Shown here piece by piece: positions 21,601 through 30,800 of a stretch of DNA of 64,000 bases. The position numbers and the translations under genes are program-made. Where the stretch lies: positions 1,725 through 65,724 of IMG/VR virus record IMGVR_UViG_3300023184_002375. The stretch is one strand, 5' to 3'. The stretch is from a virus. Lineage: Duplodnaviria > Caudoviricetes. Numbering within the stretch: the first letter of the stretch is position 1; each line of letters opens with the position of its first letter. The notes beneath the pieces were generated by a model. It did no database searches and was not told the origin of the DNA. It saw nothing but the letters and a program-made list of their open reading frames with translations.

Positions 21601-24600
21601 AGGTATCCAGGGTGTAATAGGCTATACAGGTAGTCAAGGTATACAAGGTATACAAGGTATATCAGTACAAGGTATTCAAGGTATTGTAGGATATACTGGT
21701 AGTCAAGGGTTACAGGGCACCGACGGCCTACAAGGCATACAGGGAATTCAAGGTACTACTGGTACTGGTGGTAGTCAGGGTGTTACCGGTGGCCAAGGTA
21801 CTCAGGGTATCCAAGGCGAAATAGGTTACACCGGTAGTCAAGGTACTCAGGGTACTCAGGGTATCCAAGGCGAAATAGGTTACACCGGTAGTCAAGGTAT
21901 ACAGGGTATACAAGGTTTAATAGGTTACACCGGTAGTCAAGGTATACAGGGTATACAAGGTTTAATAGGTTACACCGGTAGTCAAGGTATACAAGGTTTA
22001 ATAGGTTACACCGGTAGTCAAGGTATACAAGGTACAACTGGTACTGGCGGTAGTCAGGGTATTACTGGTGGACAAGGTACTCAGGGTATTCAAGGCGAAA
22101 TAGGGTATACTGGTAGTCAAGGTATTCAAGGTACCACTGGTACTGGCGGTAGTCAAGGTGTTACCGGTGGCCAGGGCGAAATTGGTTACACTGGTAGTCA
22201 AGGTATACAAGGTATACAAGGTATACAGGGCGAGATAGGTTACACTGGTAGCCAAGGTATTCAGGGTATAGTAGGTTACACCGGAAGTCAGGGCATTCAA
22301 GGTATACAAGGTATAATAGGTTATACTGGTAGTCAAGGTATACAAGGTATCCAGGGCGAGATAGGATATACTGGTAGCCAGGGCATTCAGGGTATACAGG
22401 GCACAGATGGATTACAAGGTATACAGGGTATTCAAGGAATTACCGGTAGTTTTACTGGTACTACTGCTGAAGTTGTATACATTACAAATACTACATCATC
22501 TACTTCAACAACTACAGGTGCTTTGGTTGTTAATGGTGGTGTTGGTATTGGTGGAAATTTAAATGTAGGTGGTAATTTATTTGTAATAGGTGTACTTACT
22601 GCAAGTAACTTTGTTGGCACATTTACCGGATCTGTAAGTGGAACAGCCGATGCCGCTGTGTATATAACTGGCGGCGGCCCAGGGCAATTATTATATCAAA
22701 CTGCTACTAATGCAACAGGATTTGTTAGCACAGGTACTACTGGTAACGTTTTAGTAAGTCGTGGAACAGGTGCACCTACATTCCAAAGTACGCTAACATT
22801 AGCAGGATCCACCCAATCATTATCAACAAATACAGGTGCTTTACAAGTAGTCGGTGGTGTTGGTATTGGTGGAAATTTAAATGTCGGCGGCATTTTTTCT
22901 GCCACAGCCGTTTATATTAATGGACTAAGTGTAGGACAAGGTTATACTGGTAGTGAAGGATACACCGGTAGTGAAGGATACACCGGTAGTAGAGCATATA
23001 CTGGTAGTGCAGGGTATACAGGTAGTAAAGGCGACGAAGGTGCGCGGGGCCCACAAGGTTATAGTGGCAGTCAAGGTGATATAGGATGGACAGGTAGTAC
23101 TGGCTATGTTGGTAGCAAAGGTATACAGGGATCACCGGGCGATCAAGGTGTACCTGGTAACACTGGATATACTGGTAGCCAAAGCACATTGACAGGGTAT
23201 ACGGGTAGTCTTGGATATTCAGGTAGTCAGGGACCTGCAGGTACCAGCGTTGTAATTAAAGGTAGCACATCCACATTTACCGCATTGCCTGGATATCAAA
23301 CTCCACCAACTCCAATGACGTATACAGGAGATATCGGTGATGGATACATAACACAAGATGATGGCTATTTAAATGTCTGGGATGGATCATTATGGATCCC
23401 AGTAGGACAGTTTGTTGGTTTTGTAGGTAGTCAAGGATATACTGGTAGTGCTGGTTATCAAGGTAGTCAAGGTTGGACAGGTAGCCAGGGCTACGATGGT
23501 AGTCAAGGATGGACAGGTAGTCAAGGATATACCGGTAGTGCTAGTACAGCCAGTGGATATGCAGGTAGTTTAGGATACACCGGTAGTCGAGGTATTAAAG
23601 GCGAAAGCTCTTATACATATTCTAGATATGCTCCAGATTTTCCTGCGGTAGGAGATCGTTGGTTTAACACTGATTATGGTATTGAACTTGTATTCACACA
23701 GGATGAAGATAGTTACCAGTGGGTAGAAATATCTGCTAGCGGTTATTTAGGTCAACTAGGTTTCACAGGTAGCCAAGGTAATACAGGTACCAGCGTTGTA
23801 ATTAAAGGAACCACAGCCACTTATACAGATCTACCTGGATGGCCAGATAGTTATACAGGTGATTTCAATGATACTTATGTTACCACAAGCACAGGTCATA
23901 TGTGGGTATGGAATGGTGCTACTTGGTTAGATGTTGGTAATATTATTGGATGGACAGGTAGTGCTGGATATACTGGTAGTCAAGGTGAGTTAGGTGATCC
24001 AGGCCCTATGGGATCCATTGGTTATGTTGGTAGCCAAGGTATCAAAGGCGATCAGGGTGATCAAGGCTATTGGGGTAGTAAAGGTTATACTGGTAGTCAA
24101 GGCACTAAAGGTGGACTGAACTTTTATTTTGATGCTACTACAACTGCCACAGGTGTAACATTAAACGGTAGTATTAGATATAATAATGCGGCTTCTACAC
24201 TTACAAATTCTATATATATAAACAGTGTTGATGTTAATGGTTTAAATATTTCAAATTGGATAGCACAATTTACACCATCGAGCAATTTTGGATCTCCAAA
24301 AGGGCAGTTGATAATTAATCACGGTTCTAACTTAAACACATTTACCAATATATTCAATGTACTTACAGCAACAAATAATACTACATATTATACAGTAAGT
24401 GTTGCCTATGTATCAGGTACTAGTTCCACGGTTGGTACACTTTACAATTTAGATCCTCTAAGTATAAATTATATAAGAACAGGCGACCTTGGCTACACAG
24501 GTAGTACAGGAACTGCTGCCCAAGTACAACTCGGAACAGTTACATTTAGTCCTACTACAGCTACCGTTACTAATGCTGGCGATAATCAGTTTGCTATATT

Positions 24601-25531
24601 TAATTTTGTATTACAAAATGGTTATACTGGTAGTGCTGGAACAAGCACAGGTTATACAGGTAGTATAGGTAATTTTAGTAGTGCAATACAACAATTTAAT
24701 ACACAAACATCTAACTATACATTGGTACTGAGCGATGCTGGCGAGTTAATAAAATTAAATAGCACCAGTCCTCTTATATTAACAGTACCTGCAGAAAGTT
24801 CAGTTAACTTCCCGATAGGTAGTAGATTAGATTTAGAGCAATTAGGTACAGGCGGAGTTACTGTAGTTGGAGATATAGGTGTTACTATAGTATCCACAGA
24901 TTATCCTATATTAAATGCTCAATATAGTCTAGGATCGTTGATTAAAACCGATTCCAATGAATGGTTGTTTGTTGTACCCACTGGTGGACAAGGTTATACA
25001 GGTAGTACTGGTTATACAGGTAGTACTGGTTACACTGGTAGTACTGGTTACACTGGTAGTATTGGTGGATTTAATGCTGTACAACCATTAAACATACAAT
25101 CTGGTAGTACTTATACACTAACAGCGGGTGATGCTGGTTATCTAGTAGAATTAACCTCTGTATCAGGCAGCACTGTTATAGTTCCACGTGATGTTGATGT
25201 TAATTTTGCAATTGGACAACGTGTTGATATTTCACAAAATGGTGTAGGTGCTGTAACAATTGCTCCATATTCTGCTGTAGTAACACTGCATTATACTGAT
25301 ACTCCTATATTAAATGCTCAATATAGTATAGGTACATTGATAAAAATAGCTTCAAATGAATGGACATGGGTTGGGCCCGCTACTAGTGCTGTTGGTTATA
25401 CTGGATCAATTGGTGCTATGGGACCATCTGGAAACAATGGTTTTGTTGGTAGTAAAGGTGATACTGGCGCATCTGGTGTTAGTTCTTATTATTCTGTAAT
25501 AACTGGTGCCGCTGGTTGGTACCTACCATAA
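18617..25531 (+). CDS. 2304-aa tail-fibre-like protein with collagen-like and beta-helix-like repeats
   Basis: Many GALxVxGGVGIGGxLxVGG motifs, 27-30-aa ATTSNFATTSG.ALSFNT repeats, long G-x-Y runs, and two C-terminal ~100-aa repeats (YTLxxxDAGxL..L.S.....VP...VNFxIG). Confidence 0.85.
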   Translation: MSKSRLFSGKIKKLSGGNLTADRYEYLDASQAEPDLGLPFNDGQLLVGYLDGTRVWSNTITNATLVGVNTVTGILLITTSTNSISTNTGALIVSGGVGIAGDLNVGGSITAGTFIGSFTGVATTSSLADLATTATYALNFNTSTLVANAVSATTSNFATTSGFALSFNTATLVAHAVLADTATTSNFATTSGYALSFNTSTLVSDAVSATTSNFATTSGYALSFNTSTLVSDAVNATTSNFATTSGFALSFNTSTLVANAVQASSSTYADVAGISLTLGTGTYTIVNTTLALSTTTGALVVAGGIGVGNDVWVGGQVVTSAITATTDLVIGTTGAVEIRNNGHLTKFASNGYIEVGGNIVGGPYGANQLDLGASASLSAVRSIGGSNGGVLIRTGTDTSITNTWQFSYDGNLTAPGNIVVQSIVTSSSTNSGALQVVGGVGIGGDLYVGGNIVAQSLTIEYTTVTTTLVKTDDIIQTYNTTNATDTSSGALQVSGGVGIGLDVWVGGDVYTRGQKVITTATVNDYASKTIITAGTDTAVSTSTGNVTIWNTSTLESVTGRGNTTSRAIRINNTLTSTSSFSDNAFYVAGGIGGNSGFNINGDGYLHGNLNVSGYITGTNITLNVLSANSATFYGDVTGSGALYAGVLGYTPFAQTMAQFTGDLNDYMEINVQNINAGNWASTDIVASADNVTDSNAFIDMGITSSGWDGTAPGTFGDNLGPNDGYLLVGHSEFPTAGHLVIGTLSSQTSVKIVVAGENSEYLTAVFNTATTESISTTTGALVVRGGLGVGGAINAMNTSYIAGSRILTAVDLQTVTHTATYITNNPGTISGLTSLAGTTSTVYGTYNFGTVSDIWVFNDFNTGTNTGFYSINDGSSAPGHIVYIGFENITDFNRIVLNINYTQNSGHTQNIELYNYHQNQWDTFTTYSGSPGWFEFILGTIDSLPYISSGNVTARINHVSFGNTAHRTWIDYVALEKSSQGGQGPRGATGAQGTQGIQGVIGYTGSQGIQGIQGISVQGIQGIVGYTGSQGLQGTDGLQGIQGIQGTTGTGGSQGVTGGQGTQGIQGEIGYTGSQGTQGTQGIQGEIGYTGSQGIQGIQGLIGYTGSQGIQGIQGLIGYTGSQGIQGLIGYTGSQGIQGTTGTGGSQGITGGQGTQGIQGEIGYTGSQGIQGTTGTGGSQGVTGGQGEIGYTGSQGIQGIQGIQGEIGYTGSQGIQGIVGYTGSQGIQGIQGIIGYTGSQGIQGIQGEIGYTGSQGIQGIQGTDGLQGIQGIQGITGSFTGTTAEVVYITNTTSSTSTTTGALVVNGGVGIGGNLNVGGNLFVIGVLTASNFVGTFTGSVSGTADAAVYITGGGPGQLLYQTATNATGFVSTGTTGNVLVSRGTGAPTFQSTLTLAGSTQSLSTNTGALQVVGGVGIGGNLNVGGIFSATAVYINGLSVGQGYTGSEGYTGSEGYTGSRAYTGSAGYTGSKGDEGARGPQGYSGSQGDIGWTGSTGYVGSKGIQGSPGDQGVPGNTGYTGSQSTLTGYTGSLGYSGSQGPAGTSVVIKGSTSTFTALPGYQTPPTPMTYTGDIGDGYITQDDGYLNVWDGSLWIPVGQFVGFVGSQGYTGSAGYQGSQGWTGSQGYDGSQGWTGSQGYTGSASTASGYAGSLGYTGSRGIKGESSYTYSRYAPDFPAVGDRWFNTDYGIELVFTQDEDSYQWVEISASGYLGQLGFTGSQGNTGTSVVIKGTTATYTDLPGWPDSYTGDFNDTYVTTSTGHMWVWNGATWLDVGNIIGWTGSAGYTGSQGELGDPGPMGSIGYVGSQGIKGDQGDQGYWGSKGYTGSQGTKGGLNFYFDATTTATGVTLNGSIRYNNAASTLTNSIYINSVDVNGLNISNWIAQFTPSSNFGSPKGQLIINHGSNLNTFTNIFNVLTATNNTTYYTVSVAYVSGTSSTVGTLYNLDPLSINYIRTGDLGYTGSTGTAAQVQLGTVTFSPTTATVTNAGDNQFAIFNFVLQNGYTGSAGTSTGYTGSIGNFSSAIQQFNTQTSNYTLVLSDAGELIKLNSTSPLILTVPAESSVNFPIGSRLDLEQLGTGGVTVVGDIGVTIVSTDYPILNAQYSLGSLIKTDSNEWLFVVPTGGQGYTGSTGYTGSTGYTGSTGYTGSIGGFNAVQPLNIQSGSTYTLTAGDAGYLVELTSVSGSTVIVPRDVDVNFAIGQRVDISQNGVGAVTIAPYSAVVTLHYTDTPILNAQYSIGTLIKIASNEWTWVGPATSAVGYTGSIGAMGPSGNNGFVGSKGDTGASGVSSYYSVITGAAGWYLP
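18980..19430 (+). repeat. 27-30-aa tandem repeats (ATTSNFATTSG.ALSFNTSTLV..AV.)
   Basis: About five copies visible in both DNA and protein. Confidence 0.85.
21560..22450 (+). repeat. Collagen-like coding repeats
   Basis: [12 protein letters not shown]-type units. Confidence 0.9.
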
Positions 25532-25534
25532 ATA
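25529..25534 (+). promoter_or_regulatory. Late-promoter-like TAAATA overlapping the stop codon
   Basis: Overlaps the TAA stop of 18617..25531. Confidence 0.55.
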
Positions 25535-25560
25535 TATAGTTAATTTAAGGAATACCAAAC

Positions 25561-26331
25561 ATGGCTGGAAATTCATCCCCAATTTTTTCAAGAGTAGGAG
25601 ACATACAGGGCGGTGTATTGATCGTTAACTCGTCTACTAACTCTGCTATCGCTGACTTTGCAGGTACTGGAACTTTTGTTGTTCCTATATTTACAGCAGA
25701 TCTTACCAACGGTGGATTTATACAAAGAATACGATTTAAAGCAAGAGCAGACGGTGCTAACGTTGCTACTGTTGCCCGTATATGGATTAATGAAGGAACA
25801 TTAAATTTATCCTCACCATTAACTACTCCCGGAACTCCTTCAGGAACTCCGAGTACATCTGGTGGAACATTAACCACTGGTACATTTTATGCCAAAGTAC
25901 AAGCAATTGATCAATGGGGCGGATTAGGGCCTATATCAGCGGAATCTTCTGCTGTCAACGTAGTAGGTCCTGGAATTGCAAATTCAATTAGTTGGACATG
26001 GACTCCAGTATCGGGTGCTGTTAGTTATCGTTTATACACTGGTCCTGCGTCAGGCGGTGAATATGTTTATTTTGCCTCAACTGTTAGCTCATATACACAA
26101 ACTTTACCTATTATAGCAAGTCAGTTAGCTAATCCTGCGGATTATGTTTATAACAATATGTTCTATGGTGAGTTATCATTGCCAGCAACTTCTGTGTCTC
26201 AAACAGCAGCTACAACTGAACTTGATTATCCAATGAACTTGGCATTACCACCAGGTTATAGAGTATTAGTAGGATTTGGCGGACAAGTAGCTACAGGTTG
26301 GTATGTAATGGGCATAGGTGGAAAGTATTAA
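25561..26331 (+). CDS. Structural protein (256 aa) with probable internal Fn3-like module
   Basis: AAGGA Shine-Dalgarno upstream. Central FYAKVQAID..SAES...SISWTWTPVSGAVSYRLY resembles fibronectin type III. Confidence 0.7.
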   Translation: MAGNSSPIFSRVGDIQGGVLIVNSSTNSAIADFAGTGTFVVPIFTADLTNGGFIQRIRFKARADGANVATVARIWINEGTLNLSSPLTTPGTPSGTPSTSGGTLTTGTFYAKVQAIDQWGGLGPISAESSAVNVVGPGIANSISWTWTPVSGAVSYRLYTGPASGGEYVYFASTVSSYTQTLPIIASQLANPADYVYNNMFYGELSLPATSVSQTAATTELDYPMNLALPPGYRVLVGFGGQVATGWYVMGIGGKY

Positions 26332-26334
26332 TCT

Positions 26335-27303
26335 ATGTTAGATATAAGTCATCTTGCTGGTAATCCTAAATATGATGTACAAGTATTTTATGCCAACTCT
26401 CCGGTAGCTGGTGCTAACTGGGCAACTTGGGTTAAACCACGCGGTATTAACTTTGTACAATTCTTTGTACTCTCAGGTGGATGCGGCGGTGGAAGCGGAA
26501 CGCAAGGTGCTGCGAGTACAGCCGGCGGTGGAGCCGGCGGTCCTTCTGGATCACAGGCTATTGCTACTTTTCCAGCCTGGGCATTGCCTGATGCATTATA
26601 CATTTCAGTGGGAAATGGAGGATTGGGCGGTGCAGCAGTTACAGCTAATCCAGGAAACGTAGGACTATCAGGTATAGCTAGCCACGTTGCTATATATCCC
26701 GATACTGCTTTAACTGCACAAAACTTATTAATTAAAGTCAATGCAGGTACAGTTGGTGCCGCCGCAGCACTTGGTGTAGGTGGTACAGTTGGTACAGCAG
26801 CAGCTATTACTACAGTAGCACAGGCGCCCTTATGTACCCTAGGAACATTTTATTCAACTTTGGCAGCCAATCTTAACATTGCAGGTGCTACTGGTAGTGC
26901 CGGCGGCGCTGCTATTGCTGCTGCTGCTGTTGCATTAGGTACATCAGGATTAATAGTAAACCCAGGAAGCGGTGGCGGCGGTCTTGGAGCAGCAGCTTCC
27001 ACTGGTAATGCAGGCGGAAACATTACAGGTGTTGGTGCATTTCCTACCTTACTTGGAGGCATTGCAGGCGGAACAACAACCGCGTCAGGTGGCCCTGGGT
27101 CTAATGGTACTCAACCTATTCGTGGATTATGGTACTTTTATGGCGGAACTGGAGGTGCAAGCAGTGGTGGCGCCGGTGGTGTTGGTGGTCGTGGTGGCGA
27201 TGGTGCTTATGGCTGCGGAGGTGGTGGCGGTGGCGGTGGCATTTCTGCAGGTGGTGCAGGCGGCCGAGGTGGCGATGGTATAGTAGTTGCCACTAGCTGG
27301 TAA
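26335..27303 (+). CDS. Glycine-rich adhesin-like protein (322 aa)
   Basis: DVQVFYA...WVKPRGINFVQFFVLSGGCGGGSG start and GGRGGDGIVVATSW end; paralogous to 9913..11286. Confidence 0.8.
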   Translation: MLDISHLAGNPKYDVQVFYANSPVAGANWATWVKPRGINFVQFFVLSGGCGGGSGTQGAASTAGGGAGGPSGSQAIATFPAWALPDALYISVGNGGLGGAAVTANPGNVGLSGIASHVAIYPDTALTAQNLLIKVNAGTVGAAAALGVGGTVGTAAAITTVAQAPLCTLGTFYSTLAANLNIAGATGSAGGAAIAAAAVALGTSGLIVNPGSGGGGLGAAASTGNAGGNITGVGAFPTLLGGIAGGTTTASGGPGSNGTQPIRGLWYFYGGTGGASSGGAGGVGGRGGDGAYGCGGGGGGGGISAGGAGGRGGDGIVVATSW

Positions 27304-27347
27304 ATTACACAAATCAAAAATATTAATCCTAACAAAAGTTAGATTAA

Positions 27348-27353
27348 TAAATA
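27348..27353 (+). promoter_or_regulatory. Late-promoter-like TAAATA
   Basis: Intergenic, upstream of 27382. Confidence 0.6.
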
Positions 27354-27381
27354 CCTAATAACATAATCACGAGGTCAACAA

Positions 27382-27822
27382 ATGGGTCACTTTGCAAAAG
27401 TAGAAAACGGTATAGTAACACAGGTTATTGTAGCAGAACAAGATGTAATTAATACAGGAATGTTTGGTGCGCCAGAATCCTGGATACAAACTAGCTATAA
27501 TACCTATGGTGGAGAGCATAGGTTAGGTGGAGAACCACTTAGAAAAAATTATGCAGGAATGGGCTACACTTATGATGTTGAAAGAGATGCATTCTATGCT
27601 CCACAGCCTTATCCAAGCTGGGTTTTAAGTGAAAACACTTGTTTATGGCGAGCACCTATAACACAACCTGATACTGTTGAAGGCTTTTTTTATTCTTGGG
27701 ATGAAGAAACACTATCTTGGAAATCTAATGAAATTCCCCAGGCACCTGTAATAACAGAAGAAACTCCTCCTGTGGAAACTCCTCCTGTGGAAACTCCTCC
27801 TGTGGAAACTCCAACTGAATAA
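27382..27822 (+). CDS. Conserved phage protein (MxHFAKV family-like), possibly fibre accessory/chaperone
   Basis: GAGG SD and TAAATA upstream. MGHFAKVENGIVTQVIVA...WIQTSYNT...RKNYAGMGYTYD..RDAFYAPQPYPSW pattern recalled from phage fibre clusters; function is inference. Confidence 0.75.
   Translation: MGHFAKVENGIVTQVIVAEQDVINTGMFGAPESWIQTSYNTYGGEHRLGGEPLRKNYAGMGYTYDVERDAFYAPQPYPSWVLSENTCLWRAPITQPDTVEGFFYSWDEETLSWKSNEIPQAPVITEETPPVETPPVETPPVETPTE
27760..27813 (+). repeat. 15-nt tandem repeat encoding (ETPPV)3-ETP
   Basis: gaaactcctcctgtg x3 followed by gaaactcca. Confidence 0.9.
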
Positions 27823-27828
27823 TAAGCA

Positions 27829-30800
27829 ATGACCTTAGATTTAGGTATAACCCGCCGCCAACGTTATGTTTCAGATAAAACAGCGGCCAACGTAACTTCT
27901 AGCACCTATGCTCAGGGTGGAACAATTACGTCATATACCTATAGCGGTACAACTTATATTGCTCACATCTTTACATCGTCGGGAATATTTACAGTTACAT
28001 CTGATATATATCCTTTAGACTTTATAGCTGTGGCCGGAGGTGGTGGCGGTGGAAATAGTCTTGGCTCCCAGGCCGGTGGGGGCGGTGGCGGTGGCGGCAT
28101 AGTCGCAAGTGGATTATTAACTACCATTAATAAAGTATATCCTAGTTCTGCATATATAGCAGTAACTACTTCAACACAGGCAAATGTACTCGGTGGATGG
28201 GTTGCTGATAGTGTTTTTTCAGACTTTAACGGCAGCGGCGCATTCCATTTCACCTGGCGTGCTATTCAACAAACAGCGGGTGGGGCTAGAACAGCAGTAA
28301 TACCTGAGCAAGGCGCCGATCATCAACAAGCTCCTCTACAGTTTTATATGGAAATAGGAATAACTGGTATTGGTCCAGTTGATGTAGCAGTTGCCTTAAT
28401 TAGAGATGGATATCCTAAAGATGGATTTGCTAATATGCCATATCTTAACCTCAACGGCGGTGCAGCAGTTGGGTGGACAGGTGTAGTAACTGCATTAGGA
28501 ACTTTCGTTGCAGGAGATACTTTACAAATTGCCTGGGATGCTTCTAACGCCGCTGGAGTTGGAACATATTGGTGGGCTGGAAAAAATAATACGTGGGCTG
28601 CTGGACCATTCAATTATTCTAACTATGCATTAACTACATCAACATATCAAGCAAACGGTCTAAGAATGATATTCATGAGTGCTGCTGCTGGAGGGGGTAG
28701 TGTTAGAGGTCAATTTAGAGCAGGTAATGAAAATATATATCCTGCTCCTTCTAATGGTAATGCTCTTGGTATTTCGGCTACTACTATTACTAACTATTCT
28801 GGATATTATACTACTCCACTAGGCTCTAATTATGTTTCATCGGGTACAACCTACGGTGTTATTATAGGTGCTGGCGGCGGTGTAAATAGTTCTAGTCCAA
28901 CAGCACAACAGGGCGCACCTGGTAGCAATGGTGGTGATACTGTAATTTATAATCCAATTAATCCATCATTTTATTATTCTACATATTTTTCTAACAGTTA
29001 TATAACTGCAACTAACGCTGCATTTGCATTTGGCACCGGAGACTTTACTATAGAGACATGGTTATATCCAACTGCGTCTTATGGAAAATATAATGCTGCC
29101 TATAATATACACCCTATTTTTAATTCTAGAACTTTTATTAATCCGGACGCAGCAGACCGCGGATTTATAGTTTATTTAGACTGGTACAATAAAGTAACAA
29201 TTCAGACCAGCGGAACTACTTATATTAATACAGTTAACACAGTTACCAATGGTGTTTGGAGTCATTTGGCTGTGTCTAGAACTAATAATATATTTAATGT
29301 TTGGATAAATGGCGTTAAAGATAGAAATACTTTTTTCACTGCTACTAATTTTACTAACAATTCTATAATGATTGGATACGGTAGTAATAACAATGATTTA
29401 ACTCAACCTACTTTTTTTACAGGATATCTTAGTAACTATCGTATGGTAAAAGGATTGTCAGTATATAATCCTGGTATACAAGGATTAACAGCACCGTTAA
29501 CTTCCACACAATTGGCAAATGTTAAAGGTACTCCTTCTACAGCAATTGCTGGAACGTTGACTAGTTTGCTAATGCTTACTACCTCTACAGGTGCTGGTGC
29601 TTTTTATGATAGTTCGTTAGGTACTACAGCTACCTTAACTAATAATAATGTTGTTACAGCCTCGGGATTAGGTCCTGGTACATATTCAGGAAGTTTATCA
29701 TTTAATGGTACCAACCAATATCTAACTAGTGCTACATCTACTGCATTTACTTTTGGTACCAGTGATTTTACAGTAGAATATTGGGTATATTATAACGCTA
29801 CCAACGTTACTTTTCAACACGCAGTTGGTAATGCAACAGGTAGCTTTGGTTATGCTTTTGGTATTAATACTAATTTGTTACACATGACTACTGTTGGTAT
29901 TGGATATGCAACTACTGTTATTATTAAAATTCAACAATGGTTACATATTGCTTGGGCAAGAAGTGGTACTAATATAAATGTTTATATGAATGGAAGTTGG
30001 GTATATACATTTAATAATATGGTGGATAATATAACTGAAACCGGATTTGCTATCGGTGCAAGACCAACTCCAACATTCTACACTAATGGTTATCTAAGTA
30101 ATATTCGTGTAGTAAAAGGAGTTGCATTATATACTAATCAAGGGAATTTTACTCCTCCTACAACTATTAGTTCAGCAACACAATCAACATCAACTAATTT
30201 TACTATCAATGCAATTACTACTCAAACTGTACTATTAACATTTAACACCGCTACAATTGTAGATCTTTCTACTCTTTCAAATGTATTAACTCAAACTAGT
30301 GGAACAGTATCTATATCAACTTTTGCACCATTTACCACATCAACTGTATCGTTAAGAGCATTTGGTGGAGGTGGTGGTGGCGCCCCAACATACGGTAATG
30401 GACAGATTGGAGGCAGCGGTGGCGGTGCCCCAGGTCTTGGTCATGGTGGTGCAGCAATACCAGGACAGGGAAATCGCGGTGGCCAAGGATCACAAAGTTT
30501 AGGCAGTGGTGGTGGTGGATTTGCTTATCCAGGAGGTCCAGCAGTTAATGAGGGTACTTGGCCAATATATACAGCCAATGGTCAAACACCTGCAGGATAT
30601 GGTGGTGCTGGTGGATACTTTAATCATTCTGGTGCTATGGTGGCCTACAGCGGTGGGGGTGGTGGTGGTTCTTGGAGTATAACAGCGTACGGTGTTGGTC
30701 TTGGTGGAGTAGGCGGCGGCGGCAATGGTGGGTATTATAATATAACAAGCAACGCACTGATAGCTGCTACCGCCGGAACTAGGAACTTAGGCGGTGGTGG

